A stretch of DNA of 64,000 nt, taken from the NCBI RefSeq assembly GCF_009914755.1, contig NC_060948.1. One strand, written 5' to 3'. The translations under genes and the position numbers were made by a program. The notes under the pieces are model-generated. The model worked only from the letters and a program-made list of their open reading frames with translations. It did no database searches and had not been told where the DNA came from. Positions 18,012 to 37,315 of this stretch are shown piece by piece; position 1 is the first letter of the stretch; every line of letters starts with the position of its first letter. The DNA comes from the human T2T-CHM13v2.0 reference genome, Homo sapiens.

Positions 18012-20132
18012 AGATCCATATTTTTTAAATGAAAAAAAATTTCAAAGGTACTCTGCTTGGTACAATAATCAAATGTATAAACTGAGGAATAAAACATAAC
18101 CATGAAACCTACTTATAACTGCATATGGAAAATACAGAGGATAATTTTTTAAATCACATATTTTGAAAGCCTTAACTAGTAATTTGAAGAGTTGGCATTT
18201 GAAAGGCCAGTATGAATATACCTTAAAAGCAGCAACACAGGTTCCCCATGAGAAAAAGCAAACACAGGGAAAATAAAAACACAAAGGTTCAATCTCTTCT
18301 GACCTTTGAAAGACACAGCACAGACAGTGGTCCTTAGGACGAAGAGCAGGAGACCCCTAATTCCGTCACCTTGGCGATAGGGCATAAACATTGCTGGGTG
18401 AGGGCACAATCCACATTGTGAGGTCCAACTGCTGCCAGGAAGACAGGAGTGCTTTTACATAGACCGAAAGGTCATTGAAGGCTCAGAGTTTTGTTTCAAG
18501 AACTGAATCCCAAGCCCACACGTTATTAGGCTGCGCTTCTTAAAACAAGTTATGAGATGGGAAAAAGGGCACCCACAAACATACGTATACATTATGTATA
18601 TAATAATATACAGTATCATATATATAATATATATAACCTATGTATAATATTGTTTTACATCCTGCATCTTATGTTATATATATTGTATAAAATATAATAA
18701 TTCATAATATATAAGTTTTATAATTATACAATATGACATATAGTATATATTATAATTTATGACATATATAATATATGTTATATATCATATATAGAATATA
18801 TTATACGGTTAATATACGTATTAAATATAAATTATACATTATATATATTATATATAATATATCTGTTATATATAATACCCATTATGCATAATATATATAT
18901 TATGTCTATGTTATATATAGTATAAAACAACATATAATAATATATAATTGTATATAGAAAACGCGACATATAATATATATTATATTTTATGACATATGTA
19001 ATATATATTATATAAAATACGTTGTATGTATAATACCTATATTAAATATATATTATATGACTATGTTATTAATTACATGTCACATGTGTTATATATTATA
19101 TATTTTACATAGAATATACCGGTTACATACAAGATATACTATGTTACCTATAATGTATAATTTATTACATGTAAAATAAAGAATGCAATATATTATGTAA
19201 AATTTATAATATACCATATGTGGAATGTGATATATATAACATATAATATATGATATATGATGTACAGTATATGATATATAACATACAATATATGATTCCT
19301 AATATATATGGTATACAATATATATTTTATGATATGTATTCTATATGTTTTATATTCTGTTATATATAACTATTTGAAATTATATATAACTGTATAATAT
19401 TTTATGTAAATATGTAATATAATATATATAACTATATAATATATTATATATAACTATATATTATGTTATATATACTTTTATAACATAATTTACATAAAAT
19501 ATCATAATATAATATATATTATATTATTTCATATTACATAATATATATTACATATCACCCAATATAACTAACATACATAATATTATAATATACATTATAT
19601 TATGTTATATTAAATATCATATATATCATGTATCATATATTCTATAATATATATTACACATTATATAATATGCATGTTGTCTATTATGTGATATATATAA
19701 CTATATATATAATTATATTTTTATACATATAACTAGATAAACATGTAATTCTACATATTTTCATTTATAATATGTAGAATTATATAATCATATATAATTA
19801 TTTATATTCTATAAAAAATTTTATCATTATATAAATTATAATATATAAAAATTATAATATGTACTACAAATATATATATTATATATCATATATGATATAG
19901 TACCTTTGTTATATATCATAATACATATAAATGTGTATTATGTTATCTATAATTGTATAATTTCATATATAAGATGTATAATATGTATCATATATTATAT
20001 ATGTTATGTAATATATATAGTATATATAAGATGACACAGGATAAATATTATATACTATGACATATAAAATATATGAGGTTATATGTTACGTATAAGGCAT
20101 AGCACATAACATGTAATATGTATCATATATAA

Positions 20133-20424
20133 TTTTTTTTTAGACAGAATCTTGTCCTGTTGCACAGGGTGGGGTACAATGGCGCCATCTTTGCTCACTG
20201 CAACTTCTGCCTCACGGGTCCAAGCGATTGTCTTCCCTCAGCCTCCCAGGTAGCTGGGACTACACCACACTGGGACTACACCAGCTGCCACCATGCCTAG
20301 CTAATTTTTTGGATTTTTAGTAGTGACAGCGTTTCACTGTATTGGCCAGGATGGTCTTGATCTCTTCACCTTGTGATCCCCTTGCCTTGGCCTCCAAATT
20401 TGCTGGGATTACAGGCCTGAGCCA
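20133..20424 (-). mobile_element. Decayed Alu, unit U9
   Basis: Near-identical copy; U5 type (tgtcttccct). Confidence 0.95.
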
Positions 20425-22518
20425 AGATCCATATTTTTTAAATGAAAAAAAATTTCAAAAGTACTCTGCTTGGTACAATAATCAAATGTATAAACTGAGG
20501 AATAAAACATAACCATGAAACCTACTTATAACTGCATATGGAAAATACAGAGGATAATTTTTTAAATAACATATTTTGAAAGCCTTAACTAGTAATTTGA
20601 AGAGTTGGCATTTGAAAGGCCAGTATGAATATACCTTCAAAGCAGCAACACAGGTTCCCCATGAGAAAAAGCAAACACAGGGAAAATAAAAACACAAAGG
20701 TTCAATCTCTTCTGACCTTTGAAAGACACAGCACAGACAGTGGTCCTTAGGAGGAAGAGCAGGAGACCCCTAATTCCGTCACCGTGGCGATACGGCATAA
20801 ACATTGCTGGGTGAGGGCACAATCCACATTGTGAGGTCCAACTGCTGCCACGAAGACAGGAGTGCTTTTACATAGACCGAAAGGTCATTGAAGGCTCAGA
20901 GTTTTGTTTCAAGAACTGAATCCCAAGCCCACACGTTATTAGGCTGCGCTTCTTAAAACAAGTTATGAGATGGGAAAAAGGGCACCCACAAACATACGTA
21001 TACATTATGTATATAATAATATACAGCATCATATATATAATATATAACCTATGTATAATATTGTTTTACATCCTGCATCTTATGTTATATATATTGTATA
21101 AAATATAATAATTGATAATATATAAGTTTTATAATTATACAATATGACATATAGTATATATTATAATTTATGACATATATAATATATGTTATATATCATA
21201 TATAGAATATATTATACGGTTAATATACGTATTAAATATAAATTATACATTATATATATTATATATAATATATCTGTTATATATAATACCCATTATGCAT
21301 AATATATATATTATGTCTATGTTATATATAGTATAAAACAACATATAATAATATATAATTGTATATATAAAATGCGACATATAATATATATTATATTTTA
21401 TAACATATGTAATATGTATTATATATAATATGTTGTATGTATAATACCTATATTAAATATATATTATATGACTATGTTATTAATTACATGTCACATGTGT
21501 TATATATTATATATTTTACATAGAATATACCGGTTACATACAATATATACTATGTTACCTATAATGTATAATTTATTACATGTAAAATAAAGAATGCAAT
21601 ATATTATGTAAAATTTATAATATACAATATGTGGAATGTGATATATATAACATATAATATATGATATATGATATACAGTATATGATATATAACATACAAT
21701 ATATGATTCCTAATATATATGGTATACAATATATATTTTATGATATGTATTCTATATGTTTTATATTCTTATATTTAACTATTTGAAATTATATATAACT
21801 GTATAATATTTTATGTAAATATGTAATATAATATATATAACTATATAATATATTATATATAACTATATATTATGTTATATATACTTTTATAACATAATTT
21901 ACATAAAATATCATAATATAATATATATTATATTATTTCATATTACATAATATATATTACATATCACCCAATATAACTAACATACATAATATTATAATAT
22001 AGATTATATTCTGTTATATTAAATATCATATATATCATGTATCATATATTCTATAATATATATTACACATTATATAATATGTATGTTGTCTATTATGTGA
22101 TATATATAACTATATATATAATTATATTTTTATACATATAACTAGATAAACATGTAATTCTACATATTTTCATTTATAATATGTAGAATTATATAATCAT
22201 ATATAATTATTTATATTCTATAAAAAATTTTATCATTATATAAATTATAATATATAAAAATTATAATATGTACTACAAATATATATATTATATATCATAT
22301 ATGATATAGTACCTTTGTTATATATCATAATACATATAAATGTGTATTATGTTATCTATAATTATATAATTTCATATATAATATGTATAATATGTATCAT
22401 ATATTATATATGTTATGTAATATATATAGTATATATCAGATGACACAGGATAAATATTATATACTATGACATATAAAATATATGAGGTTATATGTTACAT
22501 ATAAGGCATAGCACATAA

Positions 22519-22833
<315 letters not shown>

Positions 22834-24931
22834 AGATCCATATTTTTTAAATGAAAAAAAATTTCAAAGGTACTCTGCTTGGTACAATAATCAAATGTAT
22901 AAACTGAGGAATAAAACATAACCATGAAACCTACTTATAACTGCATATGGAAAATACAGAGGATAATTTTTTAAATCACATATTTTGAAAGCCTTAACTA
23001 GTAATTTGAAGAGTTGGCATTTGAAAGGCCAGTATGAATATACCTTCAAAGCAGCAACACAGGTTCCCCATGAGAAAAAGCAAACACAGGGAAAATAAAA
23101 ACACAAAGGTTCAATCTCTTCTGACCTTTGAAAGACACAGCACAGACAGTGGTCCTTAGGACGAAGAGCAGGAGACCCCTAATTCCGTCACCATGGCGAT
23201 ACGGCATAAACATTGCTGGGTGAGGGCACAATCCACATTGTGAGGTCCAACTGCTGCCAGGAAGACAGGAGTGCTTTTACATAGACCGAAAGGTCATTGA
23301 AGGCTCAGAGTTTTGTTTCAAGAACTGAATCCCAAGCCCACACGTTATTAGGCTGCGCTTCTTAAAACAAGTTATGAGATGGGAAAAAGGGCACCCACAA
23401 ACATACGTATACATTATGTATATAATAATATACAGTATCATATATATAATATATATAACCTATGTATAATATTGTTTTACATCCTGCATCTTATGTTATA
23501 TATATTGTATAAAATATAATAATTGATAATATATAAGTTTTATAATTATACAATATGACATATAGTATATATTATAATTTATGACATATATAATATATGT
23601 TATATATCATATATAGAATATATTATACGGTTAATATACGTATTAAATATAAATTATACATTATATATATTATATATAATATATCTGTTATATATAATAC
23701 CCATTATGCATAATATATATATTATGTCTATGTTATATATAGTATAAAACAACATATAATAATATATAATTGTATATATAAAATGCGACATATAATATAT
23801 ATTATATTTTATAACATATGTAATATGTATTATATATAATACGTTGTATGTATAATACCTATAATAAATATATATTATATGACTATGTTATTAATTACAT
23901 GTCACATGTGTTATATATTATATATTTTACATAGAATATACCGGTTACATACAATATATACTATGTTACCTATAATGTATAATTTATTACAAGTAAAATA
24001 AAGAATGCAATATATTATGTATAATTTATAATATACCATATGTGGAATGTGATATATATAACATATAATATATGATATATGATATACAGTATATGATATA
24101 TAACATACAATATGTGATTCCTAATATATATGGTATACAATATATATTTTATGATATGTATTCTATATGTTTTATATTCTGTTATATATAACTATTTGAA
24201 ATTATATATAACTGTATAATATTTTATGTAAATATGTAATATAATATATATAACTATATAATATATTATATATAACTATATATTATGTTATATATACTTT
24301 TATAACATAATTTACATAAAATATCATAATATAATATATATTATATTATTTCATATTACATAATATATATTACATATCACCCAATATAACTAACATACAT
24401 AATATTATAATATAGATTATATTGTGTTATATTAAATATCATATATATCATGTATCATATATTCTATAATATATATTACACATTATATAATATGTATGTT
24501 GTCTATTATGTGATATATATAACTATATATATAATTATATTTTTATACATATAACTAGATAAACATGTAATTCTACATATTTTCATTTATAATATGTAGA
24601 ATTATATAATCATATATAATTATTTATATTCTATAAAAAATTTTATCATTATATAAATTATAATATATAAAAATTATAATATGTACTACAAATATATATA
24701 TTATATATCATATATGATATAGTACCTTTGTTATATATCATAATACATATAAATGTGTATTATGTTATCTATAATTATATAATTTCATATATAAGATGTA
24801 TAATATGTATCATATATTATATATGTTATGTAATATATATAGTATATATCAGATGACACAGGTTAAATATTATATACTATGACATATTAAATATATGAGG
24901 TTATATGTTACATATAAGGCATAGCACATAA

Positions 24932-25246
<315 letters not shown>

Positions 25247-27344
25247 AGATCCATAATTTTTAAATGAAAAAAAATTTCAAAGGTACTCTGCTTGGTAGAA
25301 TAATCAAATGTATAAACTGAGGAATAAAACATAACCATGAAACCTACTTATAACTGCATATGGAAAATACAGAGGATAATTTTTTAAATAACATATTTTG
25401 AAAGCCTTAACTAGTAATTTGAAGAGTTGGCATTTGAAAGGCCAGTATGAATATACCTTCAAAGCAGCAACACAGGTTCCCCATGAGAAAAAGCAAACAC
25501 AGGGAAAATAAAAACACAAGGGTTCAATCTCTTCTGACCTTTGAAAGACACAGCACAAAAAGTGGTCCTTAGGACGAAGAGCAGGAGACCCCTAATTCCG
25601 TCACCATGGCGATAGGGCATAAACATTGCTGGGTGAGGGCACAATCCACATTGTGAGGTCCAACTGCTGCCAGGAAGACAGGAGTGCTTTTACATAGACC
25701 GAAAGGTCATTGAAGGCTCAGAGTTTTGTTTCAAGAACTGAATCCCAAGCCCACACGTTATTAGGCTGCGCTTCTTAAAACAAGTTATGAGATGGGAAAA
25801 AGGGCACCCACAAACATACGTATACATTATGTATATAATAATATACAGTATCATATATATAATATATATAACCTATGTATAATATTGTTTTACATCCTGC
25901 ATCTTATGTTATATATATTGTATAAAATATAATAATTCATAATATATAAGTTTTATAATTATACAATATGACATATAGTATATATTATAATTTATGACAT
26001 ATATAATATATGTTATATATCATATATAGAATATATTATACGGTTAATATACGTATTAAATATAAATTATACATTATATATATTATATATAATATATCTG
26101 TTATATATAATACCCATTATGCATAATATATATATTATGTCTATGTTATATATAGTATAAAACAACATATAATAATATATAATTGTATATAGAAAACGCG
26201 ACATATAATATATATTATATTTTATGACATATGTAATATATATTATATAAAATACGTTGTATGTATAATACCTATATTAAATATATATTATATGACTATG
26301 TTATTAATTACATGTCACATGTGTTATATATTATATATTTTACATAGAATATACCGGTTACATACAAGATATACTATGTTACCTATAATGTATAATTTAT
26401 TACATGTAAAATAAAGAATGCAATATATTATGTAAAATTTATAATATACAATATGTGGAATGTGATATATATAACATATAATATATGATATATGATATAC
26501 AGTATATGATATATAACATACAATATATGATTCCTAATATATATGGTATACAATATATATTTTATGATATGTATTCTATATGTTTTATATTCTGTTATAT
26601 ATAACTATTTGAAATTATATATAACTGTATAATATTTTACATAAATATGTAATATAATATATATAACTATATAATATATTATATATAACTATATATTATG
26701 TTATATATACTTTTATAACATAATTTACATAAAATATCATAATATAATATATATTATATTATTTCATATTACATAATATATATTACATATCACCCAATAT
26801 AACTAACATACATAATATTATAATATAGATTATATTGTGTTATATTAAATATCATATATATCATGTATCATATATTCTATAATATATATTACACATTATA
26901 TAATATGTATGTTGTCTATTATGTGATATATATAACTATATATATAATTATATTTTTATACATATAACTAGATAAACATGTAATTCTACATATTTTCATT
27001 TATAATATGTAGAATTATATAATCATATATAATTATTTATATTCTATAAAAAATTTTATCATTATATAAATTATAATATATAAAAATTATAATATGTACT
27101 ACAAATATATATATTATATATCATATATGATATAGTACCTTTGTTATATATCATAATACATATAAATGTGTATTATGTTATCTATAATTATATAATTTCA
27201 TATATAAGATGTATAATATGTATCATACATTATATATGTTATGTAATATATATAGTATATATAAGATGACACAGGATAAATATTATATACTATGACATAT
27301 AAAATATATGAGGTTATATGTTACATATAAGGCATAGCACATAA

Positions 27345-27659
<315 letters not shown>

Positions 27660-29757
27660 AGATCCATATTTTTTAAATGAAAAAAAATTTCAAAGGTACT
27701 CTGCTTGGTAGAATAATCAAATGTATAAACTGAGGAATAAAACATAACCATGAAACCTACTTATAACTGCATATGGAAAATACAGAGGATAATTTTTTAA
27801 ATAACATATTTTGAAAGCCTTAACTAGTAATTTGAAGAGTTGGCATTTGAAAGGCCAGTATGAATATACCTTCAAAGCAGCAACACAGGTTCCCCATGAG
27901 AAAAAGCAAACACAGGGAAAATAAAAACACAAAGGTTCAATCTCTTCTGACCTTTGAAAGACACAGCACAGACAGTGGTCCTTAGGACGAAGAGCAGGAG
28001 ACCCCTAATTCCGTCACCATGGCGATAGGGCATAAACATTGCTGGGTGAGGGCACAATCCACATTGTGAGGTCCAACTGCTGCCAGGAAGACAGGAGTGC
28101 TTTTACATAGACCGAAAGGTCATTGAAGGCTCAGAGTTTTGTTTCAAGAACTGAATCCCAAGCCCACACGTTATTAGGCTGCGCTTCTTAAAACAAGTTA
28201 TGAGATGGGAAAAAGGGCACCCACAAACATACGTATACATTATGTATATAATAATATACAGTATCATATATATAATATATATAACCTATGTATAATATTG
28301 TTTTACATCCTGCATCTTATGTTATATATATTGTATAAAATATAATAATTCATAATATATAAGTTTTATAATTATACAATATGACATATAGTATATATTA
28401 TAATTTATGACATATATAATATATGTTATATATCATATATAGAATATATTATACGGTTAATATACGTATTAAATATAAATTATACATTATATATATTATA
28501 TATAATATATCTGTTATATATAATACCCATTATGCATAATATATATATTATGTCTATGTTATATATAGTATAAAACAACATATAATAATATATAATTGTA
28601 TATAGAAAACGCGACATATAATATATATTATATTTTATGACATATGTAATATATATTATATAAAATACGTTGTATGTATAATACCTATATTAAATATATA
28701 TTATATGACTATGTTATTAATTACATGTCACATGTGTTATATATTATATATTTTACATAGAATATACCGGTTACATACAAGATATACTATGTTACCTATA
28801 ATGTATAATTTATTACATGTAAAATAAAGAATGCAATATATTATGTAAAATTTATAATATACAATATGTGGAATGTGATATATATAACATATAATATATG
28901 ATATATGATATACAGTATATGATATATAACATACAATATATGATTCCTAATATATATGGTATACAATATATATTTTATGATATGTATTCTATATGTTTTA
29001 TATTCTGTTATATATAACTATTTGAAATTATATATAACTGTATAATATTTTACGTAAATATGTAATATAATATATATAACTATATAATATATTATATATA
29101 ACTATATATTATGTTATATATACTTTTATAACATAATTTACATAAAATATCATAATATAATATATATTATATTATTTCATATTACATAATATATATTACA
29201 TATCACCCAATATAACTAACATACATAATATTATAATATAGATTATATTGTGTTATATTAAATATCATATATATCATGTATCATATATTCTATAATATAT
29301 ATTACACATTATATAATATGTATGTTGTCTATTATGTGATATATATAACTATATATATAATTATATTTTTATACATATAACTAGATAAACATGTAATTCT
29401 ACATATTTTCATTTATAATATGTAGAATTATATAATCATATATAATTATTTATATTCTATAAAAAATTTTATCATTATATAAATTATAATATATAAAAAT
29501 TATAATATGTACTACAAATATATATATTATATATCATATATGATATAGTACCTTTGTTATATATCATAATACATATAAATGTGTATTATGTTATCTATAA
29601 TTATATAATTTCATATATAAGATGTATAATATGTATCATACATTATATATGTTATGTAATATATATAGTATATATAAGATGACACAGGATAAATATTATA
29701 TACTATGACATATAAAATATATGAGGTTATATGTTACATATAAGGCATAGCACATAA

Positions 29758-30072
<315 letters not shown>

Positions 30073-32172
30073 AGATCCATATTTTTTAAATGAAAAAAAA
30101 TTTCAAAGGTACTCTGCTTGGTACAATAATCAAATGTATAAACTGAGGAATAAAACATAACCATGAAACCTACTTATAACTGCATATGGAAAATACAGAG
30201 GATAATTTTTTAAATAACATATTTTGAAAGCCTTAACTAGTAATTTGAAGAGTTGGCATTTGAAAGGCCAGTATGAATATACCTTCAAAGCAGCAACACA
30301 GGTTCCCCATGAGAAAAAGCAAACACAGGGAAAATAAAAACACAAAGGTTCAATCTCTTCTGACCTTTGAAAGACACAGCACAGACAGTGGTCCTTAGGA
30401 CGAAGAGCAGGAGACCCCTAATTCCGTCACCATGGCGATAGGGCATAAACATTGCTGGGTGAGGGCACAATCCACATTGTGAGGTCCAACTGCTGCCAGG
30501 AAGACAGGAGTGCTTTTACATAGACCGAAAGGTCATTGAAGGCTCAGAGGTTTGTTTCAAGAACTGAATCCCAAGCCCACACGTTATTAGGCTGCGCTTC
30601 TTAAAACAAGTTATGAGATGGGAAAAAGGGCACCCACAAACATACGTATACATTATGTATATAATAATATACAGTATCATATATATAATATATATAACCT
30701 ATGTATAATATTGTTTTACATCCTGCATCCTATGTTATATATATTGTATAAAATATAATAATTGATAATATATAAGTTTTATAATTATACAATATGACAT
30801 ATAGTATATATTATAATTTATGACATATATAATATATGTTATATATCATATATAGAATATATTATACGGTTAATATACGTATTAAATATAAATTATACAT
30901 TATATATATTATATATAATATATCTGTTATATATAATACCCATTATGCATAATATATATATTATGTCTATGTTATATATAGTATAAAACAACATATAATA
31001 ATATATAATTGTATATATAAAATGCGACATATAATATATATTATATTTTATAACATATGTAATATATATTATATATAATACGTTGTATGTATAATACCTA
31101 TATTAAATATATATTATATGACTATGTTATTAATTACATGTCACATGTGTTATATATTATATATTTTACATAGAATATACCGGTTACATACAATATATAC
31201 TATGTTACCTATGATGTATAATTTATTACATGTAAAATAAAGAATGCAATATATTATGTATAATTTATAATATACAATATGTGGAATGTGATATATGTAA
31301 CATATAATATATGATATATGATATACAGTATATGATATATAACATACAATATATGATTCCTAATATATATGTTATACAATATATATTTTATGATATGTAT
31401 TCTATATGTTTTATATTCTGTTATATATAACTATTTGAAATTATATATAACTGTATAATATTTTATGTAAATATGTAATATAATATATATAACTATATAA
31501 TATATTATATATAACTATATATTATGTTATATATACTTTTATAACATAATTTACATAAAATATCATAATATAATATATATTATATTATTTCATATTACAT
31601 AATATATATTACATATCACCCAATATAACTAACATACATAATATTATAATATAGATTATATTATGTTATATTAAATATCATATATATCATGTATCATATA
31701 TTCTATAATATATATTACACATTATATAATATGTATGTTGTCTATTATGTGATATATATAACTATATATATAATTATATTTTTACACATATAACTAGATA
31801 AACATGTAATTCTACATATTTTCATTTATAATATGTAGAATTATATAATCATATATAATTATTTATATTCTATAAAAAATTTTATCATTATATAAATTAT
31901 AATATATAAAAATTATAATATGTACTACAAATATATATATATTATATATCATATATGATATAGTACCTTTGTTATATATCATAATATATATAAATGTGTA
32001 TTATGTTATCTATAATTATATAATTTCATATATAAGATGTATAATATGTATCATATATTATAGATGTTATGTAATATATATAGTATATATAAGATGACAC
32101 AGGATAAATATTATATACTATGACATATAAAATATATGAGGTTATATGTTACATATAAGGCATAGCACATAA

Positions 32173-32487
<315 letters not shown>

Positions 32488-34587
32488 AGATCCATATTTT
32501 TTAAATGAAAAAAAATTTCAAAGGTACTCTGCTTGGTACAATAATCAAATGTATAAACTGAGGAATAAAACATAACCATGAAACCTACTTATAACTGCAT
32601 ATGGAAAATACAGAGGATAATTTTTTAAATAACATATTTTGAAAGCCTTAACTAGTAATTTGAAGAGTTGGCATTTGAAAGGCCAGTATGAATATACCTT
32701 CAAAGCAGCAACACAGGTTCCCCATGAGAAAAAGCAAACACAGGGAAAATAAAAACACAAAGGTTCAATCTCTTCTGACCTTTGAAAGACACAGCACAGA
32801 CAGTGGTCCTTAGGACGAAGAGCAGGAGACCCCTAATTCCGTCACCATGGCGATAGGGCATAAACATTGCTGGGTGAGGGCACAATCCACATTGTGAGGT
32901 CCAACTGCTGCCAGGAAGACAGGAGTGCTTTTACATAGACCGAAAGGTCATTGAAGGCTCAGAGTTTTGTTTCAAGAACTGAATCCCAAGCCCACACGTT
33001 ATTAGGCTGCGCTTCTTAAAACAAGTTATGAGATGGGAAAAAGGGCACCCACAAACATACGTATACATTATGTATATAATAATATACAGTATCATATATA
33101 TAATATATATAACCTATGTATAATATTGTTTTACATCCTGCATCTTATGTTATATATATTGTATAAAATATAATAATTGATAATATATAAGTTTTATAAT
33201 TATACAATATGACATATAGTATATATTATAATTTATGACATATATAATATATGTTATATATCATATATAGAATATATTATACGGTTAATATACGTATTAA
33301 ATATAAATTATACATTATATATATTATATATAATATATCTGTTATATATAATACCCATTATGCATAATATATATATTATGTCTATGTTATATATAGTATA
33401 AAACAACATATAATAATATATAATTGTATATATAAAATGCGACATATAATATATATTATATTTTATAACATATGTAATATATATTATATATAATACGTTG
33501 TATGTATAATACCTATATTAAATATATATTATATGACTATGTTATTAATTACATGTCACATGTGTTATATATTATATATTTTACATAGAATATACCGGTT
33601 ACATACAATATATACTATGTTACCTATAATGTATAATTTATTACATGTAAAATAAAGAATGCAATATATTATGTAAAATTTATAATATACAATATGTGGA
33701 ATGTGATATATATAACATATAATATATGATATATGATATACAGTATATGATATATAACATACAATATATGATTCCTAATATATATGGTATACAATATATA
33801 TTTTATGATATGTATTCTATATGTTTTATATTCTGTTATATTTAACTATTTGAAATTATATATAACTGTATAATATTTTATGTAAATATGTAATATAATA
33901 TATATAACTATATAATATATTATATATAACTATATTTTATGTTATATATACTTTTATAACATAATTTACATAAAATATCATAATATAATATATATTATAT
34001 TATTTCATATTACATAATATATATTACATATCACCCAATATAACTAACATACATAATATTATAATATAGATTATATTGTGTTATATTAAATATCATATAT
34101 ATCATGTATCATATATTCTATAATATATATTACACATTATATAATATGTATGTTGTCTATTATGTGATATATATAACTATATATATAATTATATTTTTAT
34201 ACATATAACTAGATAAACATGTAATTCTACATATTTTCATTTATAATATGTAGAATTATATAATCATATATAATTATTTATATTCTATAAAAAATTTTAT
34301 CATTATATAAATTATAATATATAAAAATTATAATATGTACTACAAATATATATATATTATATATCATATATGATATAGTACCTTTGTTATATATCATAAT
34401 ATATATAAATGTGTATTATGTTATCTATAATTATATAATTTCATATATAAGATGTATAATATGTATCATATATTATATATGTTATGTAATATATATAGTA
34501 TATATAAGATGACACAGGATAAATATTATATACTATGACATATAAAATATATGAGGTTATATGTTACATATAAGGCATAGCACATAA

Positions 34588-34902
<315 letters not shown>

Positions 34903-37000
34903 AGATCCATATTTTTTAAATGAAAAAAAATTTCAAAGGTACTCTGCTTGGTACAATAATCAAATGTATAAACTGAGGAATAAAACATAACCATGAAACC
35001 TACTTATAACTGCATATGGAAAATACAGAGGATAATTTTTTAAATAACATATTTTGAAAGCCTTAACTAGTAATTTGAAGAGTTGGCATTTGAAAGGCCA
35101 GTATGAATATACCTTCAAAGCAGCAACACAGGTTCCCCATGAGAAAAAGCAAACACAGGGAAAATAAAAACACAAAGGTTCAATCTCTTCTGACCTTTGA
35201 AAGACACAGCACAGACAGTGGTCCTTAGGACGAAGAGCAGGAGACCCCTAATTCCGTCACCATGGCGATAGGGCATAAACATTGCTGGGTGAGGGCACAA
35301 TCCACATTGTGAGGTCCAACTGCTGCCAGGAAGACAGGAGTGCTTTTACATAGACCGAAAGGTCATTGAAGGCTCAGAGTTTTGTTTCAAGAACTGAATC
35401 CCAAGCCCACACGTTATTAGGCTGCGCTTCTTAAAACAAGTTATGAGATGGGAAAAAGGGCACCCACAAACATACGTATACATTATGTATATAATAATAT
35501 ACAGTATCATATATATAATATATATAACGTATGTATAATATTGTTTTACATCCTGCATCTTATGTTATATATATTGTATAAAATATAATAATTGATAATA
35601 TATAAGTTTTATAATTATACAATATGACATATAGTATATATTATAATTTATGACATATATAATATATGTTATATATCATATATAGAATATATTATACGGT
35701 TAATATACGTATTAAATATAAATTATACATTATATATATTATATATAATATATCTGTTATATATAATACCCATTATGCATAATATATATATTATGTCTAT
35801 GTTATATATAGTATAAAACAACATATAATAATATATAATTGTATATATAAAATGCGACATATAATATATATTATATTTTATAACATATGTAATATATATT
35901 ATATATAATACGTTGTATGTATAATACCTATATTAAATATATATTATATGACTATGTTATTAATTACATGTCACATGTGTTATATATTATATATTTTACA
36001 TAGAATATACCGGTTACATACAATATATACTATGTTACCTATAATGTATAATTTATTACATGTAAAATAAAGAATGCAATATATTATGTAAAATTTATAA
36101 TATACAATATGTGGAATGTGATATATATAACATATAATATATGATATATGATATACAGTATATGATATATAACATACAATATATGATTCCTAATATATAT
36201 GGTATACAATATATATTTTATGATATGTATTCTATATGTTTTATATTCTGTTATATTTAACTATTTGAAATTATATATAACTGTATAATATTTTATGTAA
36301 ATATGTAATATAATATATATAACTATATAATATATTATATATAACTATATTTTATGTTATATATACTTTTATAACATAATTTACATAAAATATCATAATA
36401 TAATATATATTATATTATTTCATATTACATAATATATATTACATATCACCCAATATAACTAACATACATAATATTATAATATAGATTATATTGTGTTATA
36501 TTAAATATCATATATATCATGTATCATATATTCTATAATATATATTACACATTATATAATATGTATGTTGTCTATTATGTGATATATATAACTATATATA
36601 TAATTATATTTTTATACATATAACTAGATAAACATGTAATTCTACATATTTTCATTTATAATATGTAGAATTATATAATCATATATAATTATTTATATTC
36701 TATAAAAAATTTTATCATTATATAAATTATAATATATAAAAATTATAATATGTACTACAAATATATATATTATATATCATATATGATATAGTACCTTTGT
36801 TATATATCATAATACATATAAATGTGTATTATGTTATCTATAATTATATAATTTCATATATAAGATGTATAATATGTATCATATATTATATATGTTATGT
36901 AATATATATAGTATATATAAGATGACACAGGATAAATATTATATACTATGACATATTAAATATATGAGGTTATATGTTACATATAAGGCATAGCACATAA

Positions 37001-37315
<315 letters not shown>

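Noticed and set aside
35346-35558. Unique 70-aa ORF in U15
   Set aside because: It is created by one private substitution (aacCtat>aacGtat near 35529) that removes a stop, and it runs through low-complexity AT sequence (Y/I-rich).
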